A stretch of DNA of 64,000 bases from assembly GCA_013265495.1 (NCBI GenBank), contig MU062062.1:2214747-2278746 (forward strand), given 5' to 3'. A program made the translations under genes and the position numbers. Shown here piece by piece: positions 24,722 through 38,611 of this stretch. The notes under the pieces were generated by a model. That model saw only the letters and a list, made by a program, of their open reading frames with translations. It did no database searches and was not told the DNA's origin. The stretch's first letter is position 1. Every line of letters starts with the position of its first letter. Source of the stretch: Vicugna vicugna (Eukaryota).

Positions 24722-27250
24722 TCACCAAGTACACGGCAGTCAGTGCAGGACGCCCCAGGCTCGACCAAACCAACCATGGCTCCACGCACACGACCCAGTG
24801 GAAACGGAAAACAGGAAAGCTGACAGGATTAGTCAAAGTGAGACAAGCGCCCTGAGTGACTGGCTCAGCGAGGAGCTGCTGCTGGAGAAGGGGGCAGAAC
24901 TGACGGATTCCAGCACCCAGGGGTCTCCTCTAAGGAAATGGATCAGGTTACTGTCGACAGAAACACACAGACGGTCACTCTGAAATGTTCTAATGAGGAA
25001 GTGAGGCCAGATATCTAGAGGCAAGCTGAATGGAAGCCACTCAAAGACCTCAATTACCACTTCAACACATAATCAGCGCAGGTAATAAAGGAGCTAGAAA
25101 AACACCTTTGCTGCCAAATAAAACAAGGATGAGGTAAAGGGCCTTCAAGCAGATTGCTGCACCTTCAGGAACCTCAGGTAAGTATCAGAACGTTGGAAAA
25201 AATACTGCAACTATTTGCAAAGCTTATAGTGCATCCACTACCGTGTTCCCAGGTACCAGAAGTAGGACTCAGAAAAGCAGACAGAAATTTACCAAGTAAA
25301 AGAAACTCTAGAAAGAACCGCACAAAAGGTCCCTCTGCGAACGTTCACACGCGGGTAGCGCCGTCTCCACAGTGAGGAACCACAGACGCAGAGACCAAGC
25401 ACTGGCCAGGGTGACGCCCACGACCAGGCGCAAGGACAAAGAACCCCCATTAAGGGCCTGGAAAGAACAAGGCGTTAACTGCCCGCCACAGCAGTTAAAC
25501 CAAGGCCCTACCAGCACAACCCGGGGTCAGGGGCCTCGCAGCGGGCAGGGAGGAGCAGACGCAGCCGGGAGCCACACCAGCTCACTGCGCGCGCCTCACG
25601 GGCTCTGCACTGACGCACGCTGACCCGCCACCTCGCAAGCACCCAGCACGGGCCGGCCTTGCACAAAGCGCACTCCCCCGAGCAAGCCCCTCGGCGCTCC
25701 ACACCCAGCCCGCCTGGCTGCTGAGCTCCAGCTGGTGCCGCTGTCTTCCTCCAGGCCCGCCACCTGAAGGGCACCAGGACAAGGTGAGCCAGGGAATTCA
25801 GCTGTGCTTCTGCGACACTGAAAACCACGTTTATCTCGGACAGGGCTGCCAGTTCAGAATGAAGTGTTGTTATTCTTAAAAATAAACCTATTTCACCTAC
25901 TTCAGAGGAGGTTACTCCGAACACAAGAGGACCCTACAGCTCCTACAAAGCTGTGTGTCCACCGGCAGTTAAAACCGAAATCGTCTCTGTGGAGTTAGTA
26001 CCACCAAGAACTAAGAACTTCCTCTTTTCTTGAGGAAGACTCTTCCCAAAGCCACGGGGTGACCCAGGCTCAGCCTCCAGGCCGCACGGCCGTGCATGTG
26101 ATGCACTCAGGCCCCCCGAGAGGGACGGGGGCCCGGGCTGGGGTGCGGTGGCGGGACCACGCCAGCGACGCCAACAGTGCCCAGAGCTGCAAAGTCGCCT
26201 GCAGAAGCGCTCACGCTCTGTGCATCATGAGTGAGCCCCCTGCACAAGCAGCCGTCCGTCATGGCCTTAGGAAGGTTGGCCCACGAAGGGCCACAGGAGG
26301 GCTGGCACGGCGCTGGGAAGGACGGGCCTCCTGGAGGCTGGAGCCCCCCAGAGAAGGGGTAAGGCTGCGATGGCTGCCAGCCTCCCAACCCACCTCCAAA
26401 ACCACCCGCAGCTGGGCGACTGCTGCGAGGCAGGACGGGCCCAAATGAGGCGGAGCGGTACACAAAGGCAAGAGGCAGAGGAGGCCGGGGCGTACCCATG
26501 CCAACCTCAGGGTCAGGCACGGCCCCTCAGAAACGAGGGCCTGGCTGAGCCGCACAGCTACCGCTGGGAACGCAGGGCAGGCACGGCCACGTGTGGGCTC
26601 ACAGCAGAGCGGGGAGGTGCCGCTGCAGCCACCACAGCTCCCCCGCGGCCCACAGGCGCCAAGCCTGGCCTTGCTCTTGGAATCACCCGGGGCCCCAGTC
26701 CACCACCGTCAGCCCCAGTCTGACCAGCCCCTGCACTGTACCACCTGCGCAGAACCAGAAGTGACCCCTGACCCACGGGAAAGCGCACCTGAGTGGAGGA
26801 GCAGCTGCCGTGGAAAGGTGCCTCCTTCCCAAAGAGCTTCCACGCCCCCCGAGCCGTGCCGGCTGCCCCATCACACACCAGCCAGGGAGCGAGCCAAGCC
26901 GGCCAGCACTCAGTTCCAGGATGTGGCCGTGAGACTGTGGACAGAGAGCCTGGCTCGTATCAGGTGAGACCTGAGAACTGACACTCAGCTCAGCCATCGG
27001 TGAAAGCCAACTTTCAACTCTAGGACATCTGGGTACAGGTCAAGTCCTTCCAGTGAAAACCCAGCAACCAAAGACTTAGCAAGAAAAATAACATTGTACA
27101 GTCTGTGTTTTCACACTGATTACACGTTGACGTGACGTTATTTCAGGCATTTCTGGTTAAACTGATCATATTGTGAGTGTTATTTAAAATCCTCCTTTGG
27201 GGAAGGGCTGTGGGGCCCTGAACTCACACCGAGCTGGCAGGGTGTTCCTA

Positions 27251-27589
<339 letters not shown>

Positions 27590-27862
27590 TCACCTCCGTT
27601 GCTTACATGGTAACACCTGGCCACAGACGGCTCGTTCTGATTCTCAGAAAGCTCAATACACCAACCTGAATTCATTCCTACGTTCCAGTGTTTACAGAAT
27701 ACTGAATTTGCAGTAGAGGATCAATAAAAAATATTTTCCCAGGAGTCGTCTGAACCGCTCTTCCCAAGGCTCCGTCAGGTAACGCTGACTTACAGGAAGC
27801 AGACGCCCGCTACACCCACCCTCTTAGGCACCCCCGGGGTCCCGTGAGGAGCCGCAGCCTCA

Positions 27863-28132
<270 letters not shown>

Positions 28133-28319
28133 TCACGGCTCCGCCAGCCTAGCCTGCTCCCTGAGCTTTCCTGCTCCACTCCACCTTCTCCAGCAAAGAG
28201 GAGCAAAGAGCAGCCACCACCGAGATGGACCAGGCTACAGAGAACCTGCCACAATCTCCATGTGTTCGTGCCTAACAGCAGACAGTTAAAAAAAAACCTA
28301 CCCCAACTGCAACTTTCAA

Positions 28320-28960
28320 TCAATTTAATCAGAACACTGGAAAAAATTTCACTCCAACAAGAACAATTTTTAAAAAGGGTTTCAACAAACTTGTCTCCAA
28401 GGAAGGTTTACAGGTGGCCAAAAGGCCCACAAAAAATGCTCACCACCACTAATCATCAGGGAAATGAATGAGACCAGCTCATGAGTCAGAACAGCCGTCT
28501 GCAAAGCGACAAGAGACAGTGAGTGCTGGCCAGCCTGTGAAGAGACGAGCCTCCTGCACTGCCGGTGGGAATGCAAACTGCTGCAGCCACCACGGAAAGC
28601 AGTGCAGACTTTCCTCAGAACTTAAAGATGGACTGACCATGTGACCCAACAGCCCCACTCCTGGGTCTGCACCTAAAGAAAACAAAAACACTAACTCAAA
28701 AAGACACCCGCACCTATGGTCACTACAGCACTGCTCTCAACAGCAAGTGACGGGCGCAGCCTGTGTGTCCCCCAGCGGATGTGCGGATAGACGACACAGC
28801 CTGTGTGCAATGGAACGCTACTCAGCCAGGAAGAAGGCACCGCTGCCATCCATGCCGGCGTGGACGGGCCCTGAAGACACGTCGTCCAAGCCAAAGGCCA
28901 TGTGTGCCACCAGGAGAAAGGGGGAGAAGAGGGTGAGCCCGAGGACAACAGAAGATGCGG
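28320..28960 (+). mobile_element. L1M ORF2 C-terminal/3' region fossil, strongly GC-shifted
   Basis: aaaaaatgctcaccaccactaatcatcagggaaatg, ggtgggaatgcaaactg, gacccaacagccccactcctggg, caatggaacgctactcagcc are colinear with the L1 3' region. Confidence 0.75.
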
Positions 28961-31900
28961 TATGGGTGCTCCTTTCCGCCAAGGTCACAGGCGGGCTCCA
29001 GGGAAGACGTCTCTGTGGACTGGCCTCAGGAGGTCTGGCCCAGGTAAATCTCCATTACCATTCTGCTGAGTTAATGAAAAAGTCTCCACAAAAGACCATC
29101 GAGCCCTATGCTAATGAAGTGCTGAAAGACGTTAGGTTTTCAATAAATCACGTCCTGACAGGCATTGTGGGGCATCAAAGGCAGAAGCTGGCGCAGAGCC
29201 GCCGTTCCAGGGCCTCCGATGCAGTCCTCAGGGGGCGGGTACACCACTGCCGCTCCTGGAGCAGCTCAGCCGCTGCCAAACCATGGCGCCTCATTTGTCT
29301 TGTCGCTGGGAGCAGCCGAGTGTGCGCCCCGGCTGCCGGCGCGCCCGCCCCGCCGCACACCACTGCCCGGCCTGGAACATTCCACTCCCTCTGTGGCCCA
29401 TCAGCGGAGGCCCCAGCTAACGCTCCTCATCAGGACCAGCAGCTGCCGGCCCAGCCACGCGGGACACGGGGCTGTTTTGCATGACAATCTGCCAAAATTT
29501 CACGGCTAAGGAAACAACCAGATGATGTGGAGGCGGCCGCCCAGGAAACGCCGAGGCGGTGGGCTTCTCTGGCACCGCGTCGGGCCCTGGCTGCAGGGCT
29601 CCCAACGAGCCACAGTAACACTCACCCCAGAAGAACAGACCAGACGAGCAAGACTCCAGGAGCAGGGCCCAGGCCTTAGCATCACCACCAGAAAACCAGC
29701 TCCAAAGAACCGTTCACCCTTTTGTTTAGGCTTCTTGTTTTGTTTTTGAGCAAAAGAGAACGGCAGAGCTGTGTGTAGGCCGTTCTCCTTCAAAGCCACA
29801 GCAGCAGGAAGAGCCGCAGGCTGAGTTTCAGGACGGCATGAAGGGGACTTCCGCCCCACCCCTGGGGTGGCCCCCCCGAGCCCTGCAGCAGCCCCGAAGA
29901 CCATTCTTCCAGTGTGTAACCCACCCACACGGAGGGGAGAGGGGCATAAGATGAACTTTTCTCATTAGATACAAGGAAATTTAAGACAAAACAGCTGTTA
30001 AGACCAGTTCAGCATAGATGTTTAGCACAAGCTGCTACACACCAGTGTTAACTCTCTTCACTGGAGTGTGAGCCTTTCTGTAGGGTAGAAAGAAGCCTTC
30101 TGCCCAGCAAACTAGTAGATCCAAAAACTGACGAGAGGCTGAAGACAAAAACAGCGGTAAGTATGAAGGCGCTACTTCATGTCACTTTCGATTTTTTTCC
30201 CCAGAAGGCTAACGCACTGGCTCAGCTTCCAGCCCTTCAACGTGAAGTGTCGTTGGCATGTCTGGCAGTGGCCTCATTCACTCCTCAATAAACGACACTG
30301 AAATACAACAGAAGTTTGTGTTTAAAAAAAAAAATCTTCGTGAACCTTCACAGGGACTCAGCCGCCTGTGAAGGGAGACCTGGGAAGGCCCAGAGCGCCT
30401 CTTGTGCCCACACCACCCGCAGGGGAAACCCGCTGGGCCCGGGGTCAGACCCCATGGCCCCTCCCGACCACCTTTCTCTGAGCTGCGTGCTCAAGGCACA
30501 GAAGTTGGCCTCACAGACACAGCCGTCTCAGGCAGACACCCTGAGAGCAGGTACTCTTCCTCCACGAGGGCCCTCAGATTTAGCAACTCATCAGCCCGGG
30601 TCTCAAGACTTCAGACACCCAAGAAACAGAAGACTCATCTCCAAATGAAACACTTCTCAACAGCCCTTAAAGGCTAGCTCCCAAACAGCAGACCCTACGG
30701 GAAAAACACTCAAAGGAAAAATCAAATCCGTATCACAGGTTCTTCTTCAACATAAAACCCAGCTGCTCCTGGAGGAGGAGGCCCTGCTCCCCGGGGGCCC
30801 CTCCCTCCTCAGGATCAGGAGAGACGTCCCATCTGCACCACTGCTCACCCAGCCAGACCTGCTGCGCCCAGGCCCGCGTCCCCCGAGCACATCGGGTGTG
30901 TAGAGACACACACATGCCTGGCGCCCAGGCAACGAGCCCCTGAGAAGTGACCCGGGCTGCACAGACTGCAACACGTATGCAGACGTGCAGGCTCCCATAC
31001 GTGTGAAAGGAAGCGTGGCTGACCTCTGCGAACACAGACGGGCCCGTGGCATCAGTAGCCAGCTTCCCACAGCAGTTTGCATACCTTGCCCAGATGGAGG
31101 GGTGAGGGCACAGGACGAACCCGTGGTTCCCCAGGGAGGCGGGGACGGCGACTGACAGCAGACCCGGCCTTGGGGAGTGCCGTGTCACCAGCACAGCCGC
31201 CCACCACTGTCATCTCCTCGTCCACCTCAGGGCGTCGGCGCCTGTGCAGAAGTCACACACGGTGTGCGGTCACCCGAGGGCTGACTCTGGGTCCCGAGAG
31301 CTGCCCACGGCGTGGGAGGACCAGGCGCCAGGCCAGACATACAGGAGAGCTGCCTGGCCCAGGGAGCACAGGTGCCCCTTCCCCAGATCCAGGGCAGACG
31401 TGACTGCACAGGAAGGGAAGTAACTGCAAAATCCTGCGACAGGAAAACCCTTTCCTCAGCCTGTTACGCTCTGGTCAAGATACAATCCTCAAGCTAAGGT
31501 CCAGGTACAGGAACATGAGACTCAGTGAAGCCACAGGACTGCAGGCCCCGTGTGCAGGCAGGGGACCTGGGGAGCCTGCAGCCAAAAGAGGGAAATGTGT
31601 CAGCAGCCAGCGCAGCCTGCGGACGGAGCCCCACCGTCAGCTCAGCCCCCACCACGGCGACGGCACTCACGGGAAGCAGCACAACCTGCTACGCCCAGTC
31701 CGCGCTCCAGGCTCGGCTGCACAGCTGAGCACATGCACCTGCTGCCTCCGGTCCCGGGGCCACTTTGCACCTGCCGCTCTAGCGTCCAGGGAAACAAAAC
31801 TAAAGCATGGGAACTGCAGCGGCCCATGTGGCCCTGAGATGCCCCGTCACCTGGACGAGCCACAGTCATCAGACCAGGTGGGTGACGACCCTCGGTCCCG

Positions 31901-34900
31901 CGTCCTCCGGACTAAGTGCAGCCCTCCGCTCCACATACTCCTGGCTTGTTCCGTCTCGTGTACTGGTCTTGTCTCCCCAAGGAGACCAAGGCTACTCAGG
32001 CACCCAGACCACGTTCACAACCTCTTCCTTCACAGGGTCCCACACACACTCCTCAGACGTGTGCACGTGACTAACTCGGAAAGCAGAGGAAACTCCTACA
32101 GCCGCTGGACTCGGGACTTTCTGCACAGGAATGGCCCCAGGGTGTCCACGCAGGGCTGGTTTTACTGCTGTGTCAGTTAAACATTAGGAGCAATGAGAGA
32201 GAAGAGATCTGGTAACAAAGAAAAAGAGAAAACACGAGGCCCCAGCACAAACGGCACAAAGCGACCATGGGGTCGCGGGAAAACAAGCGCACCCAACGCG
32301 CCCGGAGCGGAGGCGCAGAGCCCAGGGCACAGCACGCAGGCACGGACGCGCACCCAAGGCTGCGGAGGCCCGCAGAGCCCCCACGTGCCCACGGCAGCCC
32401 CGAGGACACAGGGAAGCCCCACGGTGACTAGGCCCGGGCACGGACGCGTCACCACTGTCTCCCCAGACCCGGCTCCGCCTCGGGCAGCTGCTCCCACGCT
32501 CAGCACTGAGTCCCCCGGCCGGTTCTCCAATCCCCGAGCCGGGTCCAGACGTGCCTCTGAAGAAATGCGCCAGAACCAGCCAGGCGGGTGCTGGTCTGTG
32601 CCCTGTCCGGTCCCCTTTGTGAAAGAGAGGAGGGGTCTACACTCACTGACCTCCCTGAAGTCCTTGTTTTTGTTAGTTACTATCAGCCCTTCTCCAACGA
32701 GGACTTCTGTAAAAGGGTAAGTGGAGCGCTACTAAGTCTCCTCGGACTCTACCAGCTGCGGCCAAGGGGGGGCGGGCAGAGCAGCCCCTGCCGCCGACAC
32801 AGAGAACCCCGAGACCTCCCCGCGCCACGCTCGTGCCTCCTCGCCGTTTCCATGACCACAAGACAGACAAACGTTCATGCACACCAGGAGAACTCCCAGA
32901 AACACGCCCTACACCACCTCTGCTGCCGTCCAGGTCTCTATGAATCTGAGCAGACTCTCCAGGCTACCGGAGCTGAGAAAACCTGAAACGGGGCAATTTA
33001 CTGGGACTTCGCACGGCCAGCCTTGGTGTCACGGCAGCCCCAGGTGCCAACCGTCCATCACCAGGAACACAAGTCTCTGCACTTTCCCGAGTGAAACTGT
33101 TCTCGATCCATCTAAATGAAGAGAAACAGAAGCAGACTCCCAGGCGGGGGGAAGAGGATGAGGCTCAAGTTCTACAGCCACTGCAATGCCCCAGGGCCCC
33201 TCCCTCCGCAGCAGTGACTTCCCCGAGGGGCACATCTGGAGCCTGCTCCAGGCCCTGGAGGAAGCCGCACAGCAGGACACTCGTTTCTCCTGTGCTTCAG
33301 ACCAACAGGAGTGACCGACCTCCAGCCAGAGCAGGTGCGCCCACAGTCGGCCCCTCCCACCACAAGCTGTGTTGCTGAGCACAGAACTCAATACTTCAGT
33401 GGAACCACCACCCAGTTAAAAATGTCATGCTGTCAGAACACTTTTTCTCTTTAAAACCGTAAAGAAAACTGTCAACAGCACAACACGAAATTCAAAGCTA
33501 CTCTCACCCTGGTAAGCATACGATCTAGAATTCAGTGCTTAGCACTAATTATCTCCTCTGGGAATTTAGCAATGAACACATACAAAAATGTCCTAACTTT
33601 AAAGCAACGTTATAGTCTCCAGCTTTCTTTTTTTTTTTTTTGGTTAGATGTGGTGCCTCGCCTTCCCTAAAAGAAAGCGCTCAAGTTCCCACTTGGGAGA
33701 TAAAAGTTACAATCATGGAAAGAATCAAAGCAGAAAGGAAAACACTTTGCATTCTTAGACACCCCCCGCGTTGAGCTGTATCCAGCCGGTGTCAACGCCA
33801 GAGCTCACGTGCACGTGTCAACACTGTCAGCTGGGCACAGGCTGCAGTCGTTGGCCACCCACAGGGGAAGCTTAATGACCAGTGACTGCCTCAACTGTCA
33901 GGCCCTTTTTATAGCAACTGAAACAAAACAAAACTGAAAACGGCAGGGTGAGGACTCCAGGAAGCTCTGCAGGAGGCGGCAGTGCTGGGAGGAGGGTCTG
34001 GGCCTTCTGTTCGAGGACAGTGTCATGGGGGTCTCTCAAAGGGCAGGCGTGGCTTTAACCCAAGAACAGATCTCATTGTAGTAAGAGCTGCTGGCCGAAA
34101 CGTCTCTGCATCCGCAGCCCACATGGCCAGAGCCCAGCCCCACCAAGAGAGCACCACACACACTGTCCCCGCCAAGAAGTCTTGAAGGCGCTCACTTCCA
34201 GAGTTACACTGTCAGGTGGAAAACACATGCATCTATAAGGATTCAGCTCATTCTGGATAAAAAGCACTGGGTTTCAGTTCCCGCTCCTGACGCGGACAGA
34301 GATATATAAGAAATAAACTGCCAACAGATGAATTCCTGTAACATTCCCAAGTTTTCCAATTAAACATTTCTGTTATTTCCAAGAACAGTGCGCACTGTTA
34401 AGTTCTCACTCCCGCTACTAGGAAAACAGTTTGCTGAGTAAGATACGTAAAATTACGCTTTTCATGTAAACTGGTTCACCTTGGGCCACTAGCAGCAGGT
34501 CAAGTAACCCAGCCACCCACTGAGTAAATCTACTGTGTTAAACTTCCTAACAAAATGAGGAAATTTCATGACACAAAGGGAAAATAAATGTGTCACATCA
34601 AAAAAGAAAAGGGCTTATTTGTCTTTTTTAAAAATTTACAATGAAAAAATAAACCAGAGCCCCACCAAGGAGCTCTTACCTCCTCCCAGCAAAAACAATG
34701 CAGCGCAAACCTCCAGGGCACCCGTCGGGCTACGGATTCCATCTCACGGTGAAAGGCCACACCGCAAACTTACTTTTCAAGGGGCAGAACCCACGTGGAA
34801 GTCCAAGGGCAACAGAAAGAGAAAACAAAAAGGGAGGAAGAATCTTGCTCCCAGAGAAACAGGGTTACAGAACTAAGCCATCGATGCTGAAGCCACGTCC

Positions 34901-37105
34901 TCCCCCAAAAAACCCAACACAGAAAACTCAAATTTCCTGGATAGTCAAGAGACTCACACACATTAGAAAAGACATAAGAGTCTAGCATTTACTCAAGTCT
35001 GTACTGAGTCCCTAAAAATAGAAATACACCCTAAGAAAAGCTTTTGCAAAGTGTGTTCCACACCATGTTAACGTATTTTTAAGAAATACTGTCTCTGTTT
35101 TAGCAATTGTCCACTAAAGCATGCCACGGGGAATTTTCAGGGCAACACCAACAAGCAAAGAACAGCGTAAGCTCCTGAGAACAGCACATCTGAGTGCCAC
35201 CTTCAACCTTCAGAAAAGAATCAAGTTAAAAGGATCAAGAAAACATCCCTGAAAAATGCAGTCACCTCCCAGCCCAGGAGCGAGCTCCGGAGAGGACAGG
35301 CTCTGTGCCTGAGGCTGAATGCGGGCAGGACTGAGCACAGGGCGCCAGGCATCCATCCCCAACAGCACGGGGAGGCAGGAGATTGCCAAGCACCGTGGGT
35401 GAGGGGCAGCCCCGCCTCTGCTCTCCTTCTGGAAAGAGGCCCTCGTGGGCTCATGCGTCTGGTTCTGCTGCTGGGGGCCTCTGCGGGGGTGCACACTTAC
35501 GCCCATGTGCAAGGGGACTGCATTCCGTGGGCCTCCATGGTCACATGGCTCGACCCCAGACGACCACGCCCAACCCTAGGAGGCAACACTGACAAGGAAG
35601 AGCCCAGGGCGGAAACCCTGCACAAAGTCTCTCAGACACCCATGTGTTTCCAGGGGCTGACTGCTGGCCTAATGCGGGAAAGCTGCCTAGAAAGGGCCAG
35701 CGCGGCCTGCAGCCCCCGCTGCTGACCAGGCGGCATGAGCCTCTGTGCAGCCTGCGGGGCCCAGTGCGGCCATGACTGGGAATGGGGGAGCCACCCCCGC
35801 CAGGCCCCGCCAATCCCACAGCCATAAAAGAAGGCGAGGCTTTCCCCTGATACCACAGCAAACTAGTGCCAAAGAGAGAACGTCCTGAGACTCATTTCTG
35901 TGTCTACACACCAACACAACACGCTAGTTCACCCTAACACGCGTAAGAGAAGAAAGCCTGTAAACGCTGAGTAAGAGCGGTGCTTCACATGCATTCCACT
36001 CTCACCCCCAGGTCACCCGTCCTCGGGGTGACAGCGCACACCAGCCTGAACCGACGTCTTGGGGGACCCAGGGGGAAAGGCCCTGGGCTGGACACGGCGC
36101 CCTGTCCACTCTGAGCCGCTCCTGCTCCCACCAGAGACCATCCCACTGGAACATTCGGACCCGGTCACTTTCCTAAAGCAGCCACCATTTCACACAACCA
36201 CCGGCCGCAAAGCTAGGCCACAAATCAAACAGGTATTTGAACATAACGCCTCCCCGCGGCAGGACGAGCGGCTGCTGCACCCAGACCTCGGGGCCCAGGG
36301 CCCAGGGCCCCCGTCTCCACCTCAGCTGCCTTCCAGCCTCCCGCTTCCTGAGCAGCCCTGCCCTGGCCTCCTGTCAAACGTGCATTAATTCTGAACATGA
36401 AACCTAGAGCTCAGCCCCGAGGTTAACCAGCAGAAGGTGAAACAGAGGGAACGGAGCTGAGCTCACGCTCCCGAGACGGAGCACCTGAAGAGATGGCTGC
36501 GGGAGGGACACAGGGACACCGGAGGGGCAGCTGCCGGGACCGGACACGCCCAGGAGGTGTGACGGGACAGGAGTCCTGCCTGCAGGCCCGATGGGGCCAG
36601 GGGGCAAAGGGAGGTCTGTGGGCTGTACACACGGCCACATCGCTCACTGGGAAGGTCAGACGGGGAGGAACAGGTTCATGGAAAGAAAAGGCTCTGTTAG
36701 GACACGGCCTTGCCCAAGGAGCCACCCAACAGCTGGCGGTGGGGGCTGCTGGGACGAGGGTCAGTGTCTGCGTGTCTCCTCTCAGAAGGAGCAGCCCCCA
36801 AGCTCGTGTACCACCAGCACTGGACGAGAGCGACCCTGCAGGGCTGCAAGCTGCTCCGGTGTCACCTCCCTGAGTGACATCTGCCCCCAGCCCCTCCTGT
36901 CCCACCGGTTCTGGAGGGATCATCAGGTACTCCTCTCGGTCTCTGAAATTCCCTCAAATCTCCAAAACTGAGCTAAAGGTTTTGGGAAAGAACAGCCACT
37001 GGGTAAGACAGCAGAGTTGGAAATTAACGCTGAAATTTAAAGCTAGCACTGAACTTTAACATCCATCCACAAAACTGCTTCACGAACAGCTGAACAACTG
37101 ACTCA

Positions 37106-37513
<408 letters not shown>

Positions 37514-37689
37514 TCAGTAAAGCACAATCTTTGTCGCTCACTGAGGAAGCGCACGTCTGCATGCCTGCAGTGGGCAGAACTCTAAAACGGCCCAGAGACG
37601 CTCACCCCGAGTCCATGCCCTCTGTACCTTTCCTTGTGTTTGAGCAGAGCCTGCAGTGAGACAGCATCCTGGTAATCTTGGTAATTTAT

Positions 37690-38168
37690 GAGGCAAAATG
37701 GATGCTGCAGATTTAACTAAGATCTAGCTAGTAAGGCTCCTAAATCAATGGTTTTAAGTTAATCAAAGGAAAGCTTGTCCTGGGTGGGCCTGACCTAATC
37801 AGGTGGGCCCTTTAAGGGGTCAGGGCAGAGATGCTCTCCTGCTGGCCTGGAAAAAAGCCCACAGCATGTGCTGAAATGCCCAGGGGGGCCACGAGGGGCT
37901 GAGGGCAGCCCGTGGACGCTGAGAACCGTCCCCAGCTGACAACCGGCAGGAAAACAAGATCTGAGTCGGGGCCACAAGGAGAGGCATCCTCCTGCCAGTC
38001 CTCAGGTGAGGGCTCAGCCCCGCCGACATCACTCCACCCACGAGACCCTGAGAAGAGGGACAGCAAGCAGGCGCCCAGAAGTCCTGGCTCAGGGACCGTA
38101 ACGTCATGAAGTCGTGTTATTTTAAGACACTAAGTCTGTGGAACTTTGTTACAAAGAAAACTGATGCA
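37690..38168 (+). mobile_element. MaLR solo LTR (MLT1E/F-like) in WDR37 intron 10
   Basis: ctaaatcaatggttttaagttaatcaaaggaaagcttgtcctgggtgggcctgacctaatcagg ... ttttaagacactaagtctgtggaactttgttaca...aactgatgca. Confidence 0.65.
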
Positions 38169-38376
38169 CCAACCATATGTCAAATATCCAGATGCCACAT
38201 GTATCTACATGCAGTTAAACCCCCCAAAATAAAACAGATTTAACTGCCCACAGTTCTGTTAACTAAAAAGGGTCTCTGAGAACGAGAAACAGTCCAAACC
38301 AGGAGGGACGCGTGAGGTAAGACACAGATGCGCACCTGGGTGGAAAGCACTCCGGGAGACGCAAGCGTCCGAGTAC

Positions 38377-38611
38377 CTGTCAGCGAGTGAACGAGCTCGG
38401 ACGTCTCCACGTCGTACAGGTTCGCCGACCGGTCCCAGGAGGCCGTCACCGCCTGCTTCCCCCCGACCAGCCAGTCGGCGGCTATGACTACTCCCTGGTG
38501 GCTCTTGAGAGACGTGAGTGGTGCCCGGACGGTGGGGCAGTCACTGGGCACGTCCGCATCCGCCTCAGGCTCGTCCTTGTCAGAGCAGTCCACTTCGTCC
38601 TCACCGCACAC
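38377..38611 (-). CDS. WDR37: WDR37 exon 10 (could start 3 nt earlier, at 38614, via NAGNAG)
   Basis: 235 nt, cagCAG acceptor and GTACTC donor. [78 protein letters not shown]. Confidence 0.95.

Noticed and set aside
33806-33817. Abutting E-boxes CACGTGCACGTG
   Set aside because: CACGTG is frequent in this CpG-rich window, and there is no other regulatory context.
34384-34399. Perfect 16-bp palindrome aacagtgcgcactgtt containing MRE cores (TGCGCAC)
   Set aside because: About one such palindrome is expected by chance in 64 kb (64000 x 4^-8), and the half-site spacing does not fit a steroid response element.
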